The position numbers and the translations under genes are program-made. The notes beneath the pieces are model-generated. The model ran no database searches, had not been told where the DNA came from, and worked only from the letters and a program-made list of their open reading frames with translations. Below are positions 49,101 to 63,894 of a DNA stretch of 64,000 bases, piece after piece; positions within the stretch are counted from its first letter, which is position 1; every line of letters begins with the position of its first letter. Source of the stretch: Gordius albopunctatus (lineage: Eukaryota); assembly GCA_964276515.1 (NCBI GenBank), contig OZ193910.1, positions 2,976,001 through 3,040,000 on the forward strand. The letters are read 5' to 3'.

Positions 49101-52100
49101 GCATCCCGTGTAAACTAATGTGAATCCGCACGTTAGCCCTGCGAGTTCCCAAGTGTGGACAGTAAGGGCACTTAAACATCCTCACGTATTTGCCCTTCTT
49201 AAGACCCCAAGCCACCGATATATCGTTTCCATCTTTGCCCCATCTGCACGGCTTAGGTGGTTGACTAAATAACGAAATTCGTTTACAAAGATAACATAGC
49301 AATAAACCATGGGCGTAGCCAATGGGGGGGGGGGGGCAGGAAGGGGCGGCTACCCCCCTCTAAATCTTAAACTTTGCTAAAATTTATTAAAATTATGGCT
49401 AAAATTTCAATAAATGACCATTTTGCCCCTCCCTAAATGATTATTTCCCCCCTCTAATTCTAATGCTGGCTACGCCGATGCAATTAACCGATAGTTTCTT
49501 TAAAATTAAAAAATAAATAAATGGTAATTATGGCAAGTGGAGATATATAAAATAACGGTAAGAAGGGCAGAGATCAAAACTCATAAAAATTATTTCAAAA
49601 ACGGCCACGTGTTTCTAGTTCGTCTTTTTATAAATAGGGAATTGATGCAATAAACACATTGCCTACAAAGTTGAAGGTTCCTTTACTTTATTAGACCTTT
49701 TATACAACATCTCCACTTAAAATAATTTAAAGAGAAACTTAGAGGGGGGGGCAATAATGATTTAGGGAGGGGCAAAATGATCATTTTTTGTAATTTTAGC
49801 TATAATTTTAATAAATTGTAACAAATTTTTGGATTTAGATGCGCTACCCCCATGAAGGCTAACTATTATTCTAAAATTTAGAATTAAAGGTTAAAAATTA
49901 ATTTAAACCTGGGAATCAAACTATCTTCAGATGGTTGATCAAGATCGATTTGGTCCAATAAATTATGCTTTTCCACTTTATGAGTGGCATCATTCGGAAT
50001 TGGTGAAGCCTGAGGGCAGGATATATTATGCTCGGTACTGTCTTTGCCAAAATCTTGATGGCACGTGTCATCTTGTTGTTTGACTGTGTTAGATGGTTCA
50101 ACTGTCGATGAAAGTTTCTCATCTCCATTGTAACACGGAGTTGTTTTGGTTGGGTAGCTGTCATTTTTTTGCAAGTACTCCGCGTAAATCAGCTTTAATT
50201 CCTGATTTTTTTTTTCTTTTTGAACAGCGGTTCCAAGCATGGAGGACAAGGAAAAGGGGACCCTCGTTTTGCGTTTGTTCGGAGATTTTTCCGCTAAACA
50301 AAATAATTTATTAAAAGTCATTCTAATTTCAGGGCTATTTTAAGTTTGAAGGAAAAAAATCGTAGAATATTATATAATTTATATAATATATGAAACCTGG
50401 TGTGGGTGGTATATAGGGCTCCTCGTTTCCATTGTAAGAAAGTTTATGGTCATTTTGGGGAGAGTGTAAAGTTTCTTCATAATTTTGAATGGTTAATAAG
50501 GTGTCGCGACCCAGTCCCGACGAATGTGACAATTTACCATCTCCAAGAGAAGGACCTTTTAATGTCATTTTGATGGAATTATTGTCGCCTTCGTCATCTG
50601 GTATTAGACACCTGTAATCATTTAAATCACCAGATTTCTCTTCTTCCCCACCATTAACGCTCTGTTCCTTAACATTTTCTTCCTTTGGTTTTTGATCCCA
50701 GGCCCAAGGCAAATTGTAAGGAGTCAATTTGACTTGTTCTTCATACAGCGGGGCGTCGTCTATGTCACAACATTGTGCGCTTGGGTCATAATGCCGAAGT
50801 CTATTCAAGATTTCTTGCGGGTTAGGCACGTGCATTCTCAAATGTTGCCACAACATGCGTTTCAAAGGTACGTAGTAAGGGCAGAACGGACATTTGAAGT
50901 AAGGCACCACCGGACTATTAGATAGACTACACGGGTCCTGATGTAATTCTTGGTGCCTTTTGAAAGCGGTGGCTTTATTACTTATGAAAGGGCATATGGT
51001 ACAAGGGAAAACGTTGGTTCTAGGATTCCCAGCAGCTGTTGTGGTTAAACTATTAGTGACCACTCGAGTAACGGGACCAGAATGAGTGGAAGTGGGCAAT
51101 AGAGGATTGACCGCGCTCCCTAATTTTGAGGCAGGTTGGGCGGAAGTGGTTGCGTTCGCTGAGCCATTAACTGGTGTTATGCGGTCGTAGTAGTTATCTA
51201 CTACGGGCATTATAGCGCTCGAATCGAGAGTTAAAATATCGCGATCCTCAACAAAATCTTGAGAACTAGGGTCAGCCCCGGCATTATTTTGGAGCGGAGG
51301 TTGTTGTTGACCTTGCCTTCGCCTCGTTACTTTGTACCCATGGACTTGATAAACGTGTCTTTCGGTGGACAAACGTCGAGCATTTTTGTATTCGCAAAAT
51401 TTGCAGCGATAAACGAGTAGTGGATTGCTGTAGTAAGAGCAAGAAGCGTTCGATCCATTTTCAAGGCCTCCGGGCCTAACTCTATCGTTTTGTGCTTCGG
51501 GCGCTGGATTTACATAGAGTATACTATTCAATTTTACATTTTATTTTTAATATATATAATTATGTTTAAGAGATAAAGTCCCGCACTAGCTCCCGCACTA
51601 GCCACCACTTCTTGATTTGAGTTGGATTAAAAATAGTATGGACTAAACATGTTAGAAAGCCCCTGACTGGATCGCTAATAAATTGAAAAAGAAGAGAAAG
51701 ATTCCCAAGGCATGGGTTCTCTATTTTGCAAAGCATAATAATAGATTATGTAAAATCCCCGCTAGTTTTAAGGGTCAAAATTCTAACCGAAGATAGGTTT
51801 AAGGAGATGGTGCAAAACAGACCATTGCAGGACTCATAAAATAATTAAATTTTATTTAAAAAATATACCATTTTCTCTAGTTGTTATAGAGCCCCTTGAT
51901 TCATTTTTTGCCGTTTCCGGCTTAAGAGCCCCAAAATTGGCGCCGTCTTCCGTAACCTGTTGTTGAGAAAAATCTGGATTGTTGAACAAAGCAGCACCTT
52001 TTTGTTGTAACAAATTTTGGCGGTGCATGTAAAGTTGATGTTCCATCCTCAATATTTTAGTAGGGGGGTTAGGTCCAGTCTTAATAAATTCGTCAGAAGC

Positions 52101-55100
52101 CCCACTGCCTCGCGGTTTCATAATTCGTATGGGAAGTTTTGAGAGCTCGGCTATTTCCTTCATCGCTTGAGGCGATTTCATAGTACAGGCCCCTACAGCT
52201 GTGGCATGCTTGGCTTTGATGTGTTTGCTTATGTCCCAGGACCAATACGATCTCTTACCTAATGTTAAAAAAAGAACTAAGACGACTGACTTTGATTTAG
52301 CCATGTTTGTTAATTCGAGGTTTGAGCAAAAGGTTCATTCTTTACAGGTTTGCTCATAGGGACTTTTGTTTTATTTTGGCCCCAAAATTATAAAAATTAT
52401 AACAGCTTCCAGGGCAAAATTCCACAGACCATTTAAAATAACAACTTTACCCACACCCGCATGGGCGAAGACAGGTTTTGGATTAAGGGTGGGGGGCAAA
52501 ACGTTTAAAGTTCAATTAGGGAAGCGCAAAACGTAAATTTTTTTAATTTTTAAGGGTTTTTTCTTTTTTCCGTCATTCAAGGAGGGGCGGCTGCCCCCCC
52601 CCCCCACGCCTATGCACGCCCATGTAAATATGTTAAGGTATCAATTGATTTATAAATATTATTTATAGCCTAATTAACGGCAAGGAGAGATTTTTTAGCC
52701 GTTTGAAGACATTCTTCTTACCGCATTCCGAACAGTTGTACAACTTTTCACTGGCGTGAATCGCTATGTGAAGCTTTATTTTGGCGGCGCAATTGGATAT
52801 GTAAGAACAAACTGGGCATCCAAACACATTTTTGCCACTGCCCGTTCTGGAAATATTGCTATTTTTAACGGGTCCACTAACACTAGTTTGTTGTTGATCC
52901 GTTTTGCTCAAATTCTGAAATGATTCCGAAGTTGGTTTTATGGTTTGGTAAACAGAAGCTGGAACTGCGGCTGGTTCGCGTTGGTAATCATCGGCCGCGA
53001 CTTCGTTGATTAAATTGTAAGCGTTTAAAAAGGAATCGCCTTCATCGCCCTCCGTTTGATTTCCACCTTTTACCCGGTAATTTTGGAGGAAATCTTGCAA
53101 AAGGGAAGATAAAGAAGAATGTGTAATATATGAGAATATGGGAGCCCTAAATTTTTATTTTTCTAACTTTTAAATAAGAATAAATATTTATGTAAAAAAA
53201 TTACAGTAGGTATTAAGATAAATTGAGAATAATAAATTGACGAGGTCTTAATCTATCATGATTTTGCATCTTTTGGATTCCATTGTTCAGTGCATTTAAA
53301 ATAGGCCAAAAAACATAGTTTTAAGTTTATTCAAAGCAATACAAAGTAAATTTCAAAAAAATTATATAATTAGAGGGAGGCAATAATGATTTAGGGAGGA
53401 GTTAGGGTAATTTTTATAAATTTAACAAATTATTGAATTTAGAGGGGGGGGGCAACCGCCCCTCCCTGCACCCACTTGGCTAAGCCCATAATGAAAGAGT
53501 TTTCCAAAGAATATTAAATTAAAATTTTCCATATTTACCCAAATTAAAAGGCCCACTATTATCATTGGTATTTTGAAGGGCCGTCGTCTGTTCGCTACAC
53601 AAACCATCATGTTCCCGTTTAAACATGCGTGCCAAATCGAAATATTGATTGATAGAGGCATTGCCTAAATTGTCGGTTGAATCGCGGATATGTGGAGTGA
53701 GTTTTAGGCGTTTGCCAGGTTGCGAGGGTACTATAGGAAGCTTTACAATAACTTTACCACCACGGACGTGGTTATCAGTAAGCGGATAACTGATATTCTT
53801 GATAACAGTATTTTGAGACTCTAAATCCTGATCAGAATCCTGGTCTGGTTGTCCGCTGGTGTTGGCGGTTATTAATTTCCCCAGCAAAGGACTAGCATCT
53901 AGGATATAAAAGTTAGCGTTCATTTTTGCAGGTTAAATGAGTATCTTTATTTATGTTAGTTTTTGAAATTAGGTAACAAATTAAAAATTCTAAAAAGTTT
54001 AAAGTCCAAAGTAGAGTAAGTGACTGGGAGGGTCGGGATAAAATTTTAACTTAGAATGTAGGGGGAGGGAAAGAAGAAAATTGCATCTAATAAAGATATT
54101 TAATTTTGAACATATTTTGCGAGTATTTGAGGCTGTTAAATATATATTGCAATAGTATATAATTAGCCATATTAAAATTTTAATGGATAATATAAGGGCA
54201 AAAAATCATGATAACTCTAATTTATTTATTGAGTCTTCAACGCTAATGTTAAATTAAATAAATTCTAACAAAGAAAACGATTTGAAGAAATTTTAGTTCT
54301 AGCTGATTTAAAAAAATTCTGAAATTTTTTTATCTGTTTGGTTGGGGTTATGGGTCAATAAGTTAGGTAAGTTTTCATTTCGGATAGGAGGGGGGGGGGA
54401 AGGTGACAAAACTCAGCTTTGCATAAATAATGGCCATTATAATCTTGTATTTTTAAAGTAATATCTGCTTCAAAAATTAGTCTTTTAACAGGGCATGAGC
54501 AATTACTTGTCATTAAAATTTTTTGCGAAAAGCCTATTCAAGATTTCCTTATAATCCCTAAAAACTAAACTAATTATAGATTCTACCAATAAATATAAAA
54601 TCACACATTCTATGGTTAGCGTCTTATTTGAACGACCCAAAATAAAAATCTCATGGCAAATTTTATCAATTTTTGACTTTAAACCATAAATTAGACTTCA
54701 ATGGGCGGAGCGCCAGCGAGAAAAGAAGAGGCGCAACTCATGGTTATTGAAATTTAAAAAAAGTTATCACGAGCTATTTGTCCCCGGCCTCCTTGCTTAA
54801 ATCCTGGCTACACCTTTGTAGACCTTTAAAAATAGAATGGATATTATACTTAGCCTCAAGGATTTTCATTTATCTCTGTTTGCCAAACAACACAAACCCG
54901 AGGCCCCCCCCGCCTAAACCCACAAATGTACAAGTAAATATAACCCATCTGTGACAATGATGTCATGCTGCTAGCTATATATTCAATGAATCCCCCCTCC
55001 CCCTAACCTAGAGAGATTTAGGAACGGTGAAGGCCCTATTTAAATTAGAGTGTAGTAGTGAATCCTCAGTCGTCTCTCCTCCTCATGTTCAAAAGACCTT

Positions 55101-58100
55101 TCATATCCTCCTAGCCCACCACCCCCACCCCCACCCGCACCCCCCACTGCTCTCTATCTTTAGCTAAAGCATCATTATCATAAATTTAATAATCAAGGCG
55201 TAACAAGGTTTCCCTGTGTCATACATTACTTACATACTATATCGGATTCAAGGTTGGGACTATCCCGTTTACCAATAGATCAAAGATGCCATTAACACGG
55301 GCGTAGCAAGAGGGAGGCAGAGAGGGGGGGGGGGCTGCCCCCTCTACATCCCACCATTCTTTAAAACTTATTAGAATTATGGGGCTAAATCTTCAAAAAA
55401 ATCACATTTTGCCCCCCCCCCCCTCTAATTTCAATGCTAGCTTCGCCTAACGACCCAACCCTTCTACACGGGGTAGCCGCGCGGCCTTTAGTATTATAAA
55501 TAATTCCATTGCATTGCTGTCGGATAAAGCGTGTCTCTTCTTCCCTTCAACAAATGTTATTGCGGCCCCGTTCTTCCTCTATTATATATCATCCCCCCTT
55601 GATCAAGGGAGCGAGCACAAGACGACAAGAAGGGGGGGGGGGCGAGTAAATGTGGGGTACAATGCGAGGTTACCCTCCCCTCCTATCCCCCCCTCCCCAA
55701 AAATGCATGACAAATCGTCAAGAATTTTACCCGTTTAGCTCACTTAAAATTTTACCTTTTAGCCCTGTAGTATGATGATGGGTTTGTTAGAGTTAGGGCA
55801 ATATTGGTTTTGGACCCTAACGTAAACACTAGTGTATGGTAAACCAAAAAATTTGTGGTCTCTTTTTCTTAGTAGACCCCTAGGCTTAGTCGAAATTTGA
55901 AAAACAGACCAGAGTCTAGTCTTGGTAAAACCCGTTACAGCACTAGTTAGTAGACACTTTTTGAAAATGCGTCAAATCAATTATATAAATTTTAGGCTAA
56001 AAACATCCAGAGAAATAAACTTAGAACTAAGGCGATGATCCATCTTTTTGTTATTTAAATGCGAATAATGATTAAAATATATACTCTTTTAGAATGGTAT
56101 TTACAATTGATATTAAGATTAATTCATTATTTACTACCATATACCGCCAAAAACTTACCTTTCGTGTGAAGAGAGGTGCAGGCATCCATACTACCATTGG
56201 TTTGATCTTCACGACCAGCATTTTCAAAAAGGTTGGAACCAAACTAACCAATATATATTGTAATCATGTAATAACGCTAGTAATAGTAATTGTCAATTTC
56301 GCAAACATTTTATGAAAATACAAATAGCTATACTAATCAATCTCAGTTAAAGGGGTAAAAGGTGAGGGCTATGAGACCCCACTGATTTATTCATAGTTTG
56401 GGCTGAGCAAAGCTAAGTATTATAAAATCGGAACTTTGTGCTAAGAGAAAAGGGAGTTCACCATTTTGCTTTAAATGTAATTTAAAATTATTTTATCTTC
56501 ACCCTCTCCAACAAATCATTATAAAAGTTTAGAGAGAAAACCTCCATTTCTGTTCAAAAAAAAGCTGTTCAGAAAATAAGCTAATAAAAAATTTAGACCT
56601 TAAAATGTACTTGATGTCTTATGAGGTGTATGGCGCATAGCGAATTTGAAAATAAAATTTAAATATTGAATATATAAAAATGGGTTAGATATTCAAAAAT
56701 AGGATTTTTAAAAATAAGACCTAATAATTAGATTTATTAATAAGATATCTAAAAATAGCATAGATATTCAAAAATGGTATAAAAAATGGGATATTAAAAA
56801 ATAGTGGGAAAACTTCCGTTAGAAGGTTAAATCTAAATTGCGAAAGAATCTTAAATCCATGGATTAATCTAAATTGCGGTAGAATACGTTTAAATTCTCA
56901 ATTAGATATTCTGCACTATACGCAGAAATTGCCAAATATTCATAAATTTACATTAGATTAGATTGTATGCACTATTTGTCGAAATTGCCAAATGTTCCAA
57001 TTGATTTATTAGCTTTTTTTTCTGATCAGCTTTTTTTGGAGAGCTTTATTTTTGAACACATTTTAGGGTCTAAATTTTTTATTAGCTTTTTTCCTGATCA
57101 GCTTTTTTTTCAATAATAAAGAATACATCATTTTATTAATAACTGCACGTCCTTAGGCTCCATCCAAAGTGCTGTTAGCCAGAGATATTTCGTTGGCCAC
57201 TCTTAACTCTATCTATCTATCTACGTGTGAGGGGTGGGTGTGAGAGTGGTTTGGAAATCGATAAAATGAAAAGCTATAGCTAAAACGGCGAAGTTCTAAC
57301 AACCTGCCAACCAGGCAGTCCCAAACGCAACGTTAAGCTATTTTTGTTAGCACTTATCCTTGGCCCCCCCCCGTTCGGTTATAACGAGTAGCGAGCAGGA
57401 CTCACTACTCTCCTCGTGCCCTGCTGCTATGTGAGCTCCCCCCTCACCCCCTTTGTCATTCTTCCTGTATGATGAGTGCTGGCTGGAGTAGAATTTTTAG
57501 AGCGTAACAATTGGGACGCTTGCCTCCTCCCCTCTTTAAGTGACAACAACTAGAACACACGCACCAGCACCACACAAACTCTCCTAAGCTCCTGAAATGC
57601 CTTTAAAATGTAAGAAACCGTAACTCTTATTTATTTGTGTGCCATTAGACACGTTATAACACAGTTAACTTCCTAGTCCAAAGTCCTTGCGAAATCAGCG
57701 CGAGCCTGGCAACAAATTTTTGAAGTGAAGTTAAACCTAATGCAAACTAATTTTCAAAGGAATTTTTCTCATAATCTATAAAATTCAAACTTAAATTTAA
57801 GGGCATCTAATATTAAATTTGTAAAATTAAAAATTACTTGAGGCGTCGTCACGGTTGTGTCCCGATGGACTTTAGCTTTGTGAGTGAAGGAACCCTTTAA
57901 ACGCAGAGTCCTACGACCGACCCCACTTTTTATTGGTGCTAATGGCACGACTGGTTTTTCCACGGAACTTTCACTTTGGTCCAATCGATTAAGTAAGGTG
58001 GTATTAATCAGTTTATCGCCCGGCTCGTTATTTGCAGTGTCTCGCGCGACTTCGAATGATTTTTGCTGGGATGCCAAATGTTTTGTGTACTGCGCGAACA

Positions 58101-61100
58101 ATTGCAATAGGTTAGGGGAGGAGGAGAGAATGCCTTCAAACGTGTTAAAACCTAAATTACTGCTTAAATCATGGTTTGACCCCAAAGAAAACTGACTAGT
58201 TGGTCCAACAGAATTTTTGCTGGGTTCTTCGCTGGTGGCACCGTTGCTATTACAATCTCGCGAAGAATCGTTCTCGTCACATAACCCATTGCTCACATTA
58301 AATTTTGCGGGCTCTGGGGTAGAATTGCTAGGCAAAGAGTTCGGGCTCGGGACTCCCCCTTTGAAAGTGGAATACACCTTTTCGTACAGCGCTGTGCGGG
58401 AATCGACCCCGTGCGTTTTTTTGAGGTGAGTCCTCAAGTCCGAAGCATACGCGAAGGTTCTCTTACAATCTTGACACTCGTAGGGTTTACTCACTTTGTG
58501 ACGGTTCCGGTAATGCAACCGCAAATCGCAACTCCATTTGGTACTGTAAGCGCACAACGTGCAATGCTTATCCTTTTCGTGCGGCAAAACGCGTTTGTAA
58601 ACGGGTCGGTTGGGATAGCCTAAATGGGGATACCTCCGACTAATGTGTGGAACGTTAGGCCGGCCAGTCTTGGAATTGACGTTGTTCCTAGTATTATCGA
58701 CTCGTTTAGGAGCTGCTACTGGAGATTGTAGATCTTCAAGATTTTGAGCTGATATGGACTTTTCTTTTTCTTGGAACTGTGGTGATGGATCGCGTCTTTT
58801 ATGAGTTAAAGGGTGCAGGTCCGACAAATGGGCCATGTATTGGGCCAAGGAATCGACCGTTGTGTGACACAAATTACATTCCGCGATGGAGCAGCATTGT
58901 GCATCGTGTAGGGTGGTGATATGAGTTTGTAGGTGGGAGAGCGTGTTAGCTTCGTACCCACAACCAAGGGGACAGGAATATGAGGCCCTAGAATTTGGGT
59001 TGTCACCCATTTTTTTAGGTTCTACGGACCAACAGTCTTTATCGATATTTTGAGGCTCTGCGTGTCTATTATAAATATCGAGCTCGTCACAAACACTTTC
59101 AGCGCCTGGCGTATTAGGGTCATCCGTTTTAAACTTGCGCCGGTCGAAATAAAGTTTAGTGGCTTGGGCCGAGGTTATGTTAAATTCACGACCATTGTGG
59201 TGCCTGTCTCTGTGCAATATGATGCCTTGATTGCTAGGCGACGAGTAAGTGCATTTGTGGCAACGATACAAAGATTTGACCGCGTGCCTTTTCAAGTGAC
59301 GTTCCAGGTTTGGGGAGTAGAAGGTCGAAAAATCGCAAAATTTGCAATACATCGGTCCTTCGTCGTGTTCGGCCCTGTGTTTAACTAGCATAGCTTTCGA
59401 GGGTGCGATATAATTGCAATCTTTACAACGCACAAATTTTTGCCCGGGCACCAAATCTTGCAAATGCTTAAAGTGTTTATTAGTTTCGTGCTGTAGCACT
59501 ATGCGTTGTAAGTGGTGGGAATAACCGCAATACCGACAAGTATAAGTCGTGTTGGAAGGATTTTCATCTTCAGGTCCTGCAGTTTCTTGGGATACGTTAG
59601 ATTCTCGGCCCCAAGGGCTAGAAGCTTTGACCTTTTCTACGCTAGGGTTTATACGAGTTAATTCGGGCAAATCGGCTGGTGTGTGATGACTAGATTCGTG
59701 ATCTCTCACAGAATCATGAGAAGCGTCGCAAAAGGTGCAAAAACGACAACTGTAAATCACCAATTTTGGGGGTGTCGTCGTCATAGAACTCATAACAGAC
59801 GCGCGAGCGGCAGTGCTTGTTGTGGATGTTCCAGGGGCGCTACTCTGTTGTAGGTAAAGTTTGAGTAATGGTATTTTTTCGTCAACTTCGGATCGGCCCT
59901 CCTTTGCGTCAGTTAATTCAAATGAATCGTGCGAATCGGACGGGTGCTGCGGATTTTGGATTTGTGAATTTTCAAAATGTGCATTCGGGAATTTTGTGAA
60001 AGGTTTAAGGGAACGATCCTCGACGTCTATCATACTAATGCGATGCTTGAAGACCTGATGTTGTGCGAGTTTATCGTGATTGGTGGTGGAGTATTGACAT
60101 AAACTACATTTCAGTAACACGTTAGTCAATAGCTCTTTACCATCTAATTCAATCTCTTCCGAACCAGAATCCTTAGTTGTGGGAAATGTAATATTAGGAT
60201 TCGATGCACCAAGACTAGTAGTGGCAGAGGCATTCTTGGTTCCAAAGTATGGACGAGATGGCTTTTTTAGTGCTTCGAATAGTTTGGAATGTTTAGTCGC
60301 AGCGGTTGAGTTCTGAAGTGGTAGACTAGTGGGGGTTGTTAAAGTTGTAGGAGGGATTGGGGTAGAGCTGATATCGTGCCCTTTGAAATGAACCAAAAAT
60401 TGGGCACCATCGTCGGTAGTGTAAGGGCACATGGGACACCTATAACCCAGCGAGGAAGCGCCTTGTGTATTGTTACCGCTTGTTGCTGGAGATTTTGAGG
60501 GGGGAGCGGAGTGAGCGGTTAATTTGTGTTTAGTATGAGCTTGTTCCGTGAGGAAATAAGCTTCGCATAAATCGCATTGCACGGGCATAGTAATTATTGG
60601 CGCCGGCGGTTGGGTATTTTGAGCCATTTCCTCGGGCGATTCTCGAAGATGGGCCATGTCTGTAGCGCTGGTATTTTTACACGCCACGTTAGCTGTAGTT
60701 GAGGGTTGGGCTGTACAGCCTTGTTGAACTTGATCTCTCACGTGATGCCTATAATCCAAGTGTCGTTTTATGCTTTGTTTGTACTCGGACGTAAAATCGC
60801 AGAGTGGACATTTAAAATTAATTTTGGGTACGCTGCCTGGAATGTCCGCGTTAACGTTAATCTTACGGATCTTCGCTATAATGGCCACCGACTCGGGGTG
60901 GTTAGCTTTAGAGGAATTGGGTTCGGTTTCCAGTGGGCCCGTTGTCTCTCCGAAACTATTGGACCGAGCTCGTGATTGAATCCTTTCTTCATGGTTGGAA
61001 TTGAGGTTTGTGCTAGCGTGGCTATTCACACTTATCAAATCGCCCGGGTGTTGCGTAATTAAATGTTGTCCCAGGGCGTATAGATTTGTTGCTAATACGG

Positions 61101-62226
61101 CGAAATTACAATGCGGACACTGGATTAGAGGCAGTGCCTGTTGTTGATTATCTTGGATTTCAGAAGGTCCACCGCTTAGCGGACTAGAACGATTAGCGTT
61201 TTCAGCTTTCGCGTTATCATCGGTTTGTTCAGGAGTTCCGTCATTCAAAAATTTATGGCGATTGCCTTGGCAGAACAACGAAATCAAAGGTTAAACATTA
61301 GTTATATCAACGAGAAAAAAATGAAAATTCAGCGTGAAGAGATATGTAGAAAGGTAATCAAATATACAAACACCTGGGCCAAACAGGGGGAGATCGAGCA
61401 AAGCAAAAACATTTACAAAGTGCAGCCTGTTGATAGCAACACCTCTACTACAAATTTTAGATGATGAATGATGATAAACTTGATTCAAGTCTCATGTTTT
61501 CCTATTTATCTAAGTATATTATTGGGCTAAAAAATTGAAAAAAAACAATTTTTTATTTTTAAATTCATTAGTAAACTTTCAAATTCGAACTTTATCCAAT
61601 TTTAATGAATTATCAAAATTTAGAAGCAAGACTTCAGTTTAATTCGTCTACAACATTACATACAAATTAAATTCATAATAGTTGAAGGCTATTTTAAAAC
61701 ATATTATAAATTCGAACAAAGTTTTCAATGTAAAAAAGTTTCTTACACCACAAAAACCTTTTTGCAACCCAACATTGAAGGCTATAAAATTGGATACCTG
61801 TATCCATTGGAATAGGCTCGGGTGTTAGTCTCAAACTGGGTGGGGGACAATGGACCCTTTCTTCGCTGTCTCGTCTAAGGTTAAAGGGGGCGCTGTAATC
61901 ACACTCGTTTTCAATATGGGCTTCCCAATCACTTTGGACGTCATGTTGTTTCGCTAGGTGTCGCCTGATAGATGTCAAGTATCTGGAAAAATAATTCGGA
62001 CAATCGCGACACTTATAAAGGTCCCCTTGAAGTTGGTGACAATATGGATTAGGCTGCGGTCGTTCTTCATTCTCATTAGCGACAATTAAATTCTCACGAT
62101 TGGGGGTAAGATCGTGGGGCGACGGAATTCCATTGGAATGGGATTGTAAAATTTGTTCCAGTGCGCGATTTGATGCAAAAGATTCCTTTCCCCGTTGTAA
62201 GGGTCCGTTATCCATTATTAGTTCAG
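46175..62226 (-). CDS. Very large multi-C2H2 zinc-finger protein, at least 15 exons, about 2680 aa, 5' end not identified
   Basis: Exons 62226-61798, 61265-57838, 56243-56159, 53898-53539, 53093-52722, 52258-51869, 51503-50397, 50293-49909, 49264-49096, 48800-48632, 48325-48135, 47832-47541, 47456-47329, 47243-47140, 46613-46175. All are GT-AG and phase compatible. Fingers split across introns are completed by splicing (CSEC|GKRSYWSWDISKH, LVRHYK|LH). Confidence 0.85.
46713..46879. mobile_element. hAT-type MITE (CATGGGCGTAGCC family), intronic
   Basis: TIRs and a perfect 8-bp TSD ATTATCTT. Confidence 0.88.
49307..49480. mobile_element. hAT-type MITE (CATGGGCGTAGCC family), intronic
   Basis: TIRs and a 7/8 TSD CAATAAAC/CAATTAAC. 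Confidence 0.85.
56551..57110. repeat. Foldback-like element with inverted end repeats
   Basis: AAAAAAGCTGTTCAGAAAATAAGCTAATAAAAAATTTAGACCTTAAAATGT (~56558-56608) is inverted at ~57058-57108, with a further partial unit at ~57005-57040. Confidence 0.55.
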
Positions 62227-63894
62227 CTGATACAAGGAAGGAGTGGCGTTTTAAAGAGTAATGTTAGTATACATTTGATATGATATTTAATTCCCCTAAA
62301 TTTTCATCATTTTTATCGTTAGGTTAATATGAAGGTGGCACCTAAAATGTGCGAAAGTTTTTATAGCTCTTAGAACATTTTTACCACCTGTAAACCGTCT
62401 ATAACTTGGTGGAGGGGCGGGCGAGGGGTGTTGAGATTATATGAATTGAATAACAGAAAGCGACCCACACCTATAAACTTCGTGGAAATTATATTTTGGC
62501 TTTAAAAGGGTTTAAACCACCCCCGCATACGATATTGTTTTTAGGGCCAATAGTGACCCCGGTGTAAGCAGTAAAACACGCAAAATTATAGATATATTTA
62601 CGAATTTGAGGCAAATATGGTTGAGGAGACATCAATCTGAAGCAAGAACTTGTTAACACCTTTAATCCTCAGTTTTTTACCAGATTTTGGATAAAAATTC
62701 AGCATACGTGATGCAACGATATATTAATAACTTAGGTGTAAATAGAAAGCAGGCAAGGGCTTGCGTCCCAAAGTATATACCCTCAAGGTCGTTTTGTCAT
62801 TCAGAAAAAGAAGAGGATAGATGTTAAGGTGCTGAGGGTGGGCGAGATAGGGGATAGGTAGATTGAAGAAAAAGTATTCAAAAGTCTATACAACAGGAGC
62901 AGGCAGCAGGACTAAGGTAAATAGTAAAGCTAGAGCGTAGTGAAGGGGAGGCAATGAAGGGCGCTTATTTCGAATTCTACAATTATGGTAAAAATTTAAA
63001 AACTATCATTTTGCCCTCCCCCCCCCTCTGATACCCATTCAAAATAGTAAATGCAAGATACGAAGGAGGCTATGATTAATATTACCCTAATCACTGTAAA
63101 ATCTAAAAATTGGCTATTTTAAAATATCTTTTAATTCAAAGATAATTATCGATCCAAAAGGTATTATTATATTTAAGGATTTTTAGTTTTCTTACTACAC
63201 AGATCATCGGAATTAGACTTTAATTTCAAGAAAATCGTTTAATAAAGTTAATAAATTTGTTAATTTGCCTCATGGATTTAGCAGATCTAGCTAGAGTTTG
63301 CTACTTTAAAACTAATTATAAACATAACATTAAATTGCAATTTTTAAGATTCTACCGTCAGCAACAATTTGATATTTTTACAATCCTTCTTTATATATTA
63401 GAAGTTAAATATTCAAAGAGATGCATATTAATCAATAGTATAAGTATGTCATTCTCAGGTTTCGAATTTGAACCCCCCCCCCCCCTAAATGGCGAAAAAA
63501 AAAATTTCAATGCAAAAACCCTAAAAAATTAAAAATTTTACGTCCCCCCAATGAATCACAGCTGAAAATCTAATTATTGGTTCAGAGATTATGATGGTGA
63601 GAAGATTAGGGGGGCTCTAAATCCAAAAAATTGTTGAAATTTATTATAATTATAACAAACATTTTAAAAAAGGATCATTTTGACTCTAACCCTAAATCAG
63701 TATTGTCCCCCTTTAATACAAATGCTAGCAGCTACGCCTATGCCCTTACATATACGATTTTCTGTAATCATATATTAATTAGTTGTGACTTTGTAGAATA
63801 CATATGCCTGATATTCGTAACATCTAACATACATACAATCCCATAAATAATAAAGCTCACGTGTTATTTTAAACAACTCAATTTTACCCACCCC

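Noticed and set aside
57884..61464. Several plus-strand ORFs
   Set aside because: They are antisense shadows of the zinc-finger coding exon with no recognisable motifs.
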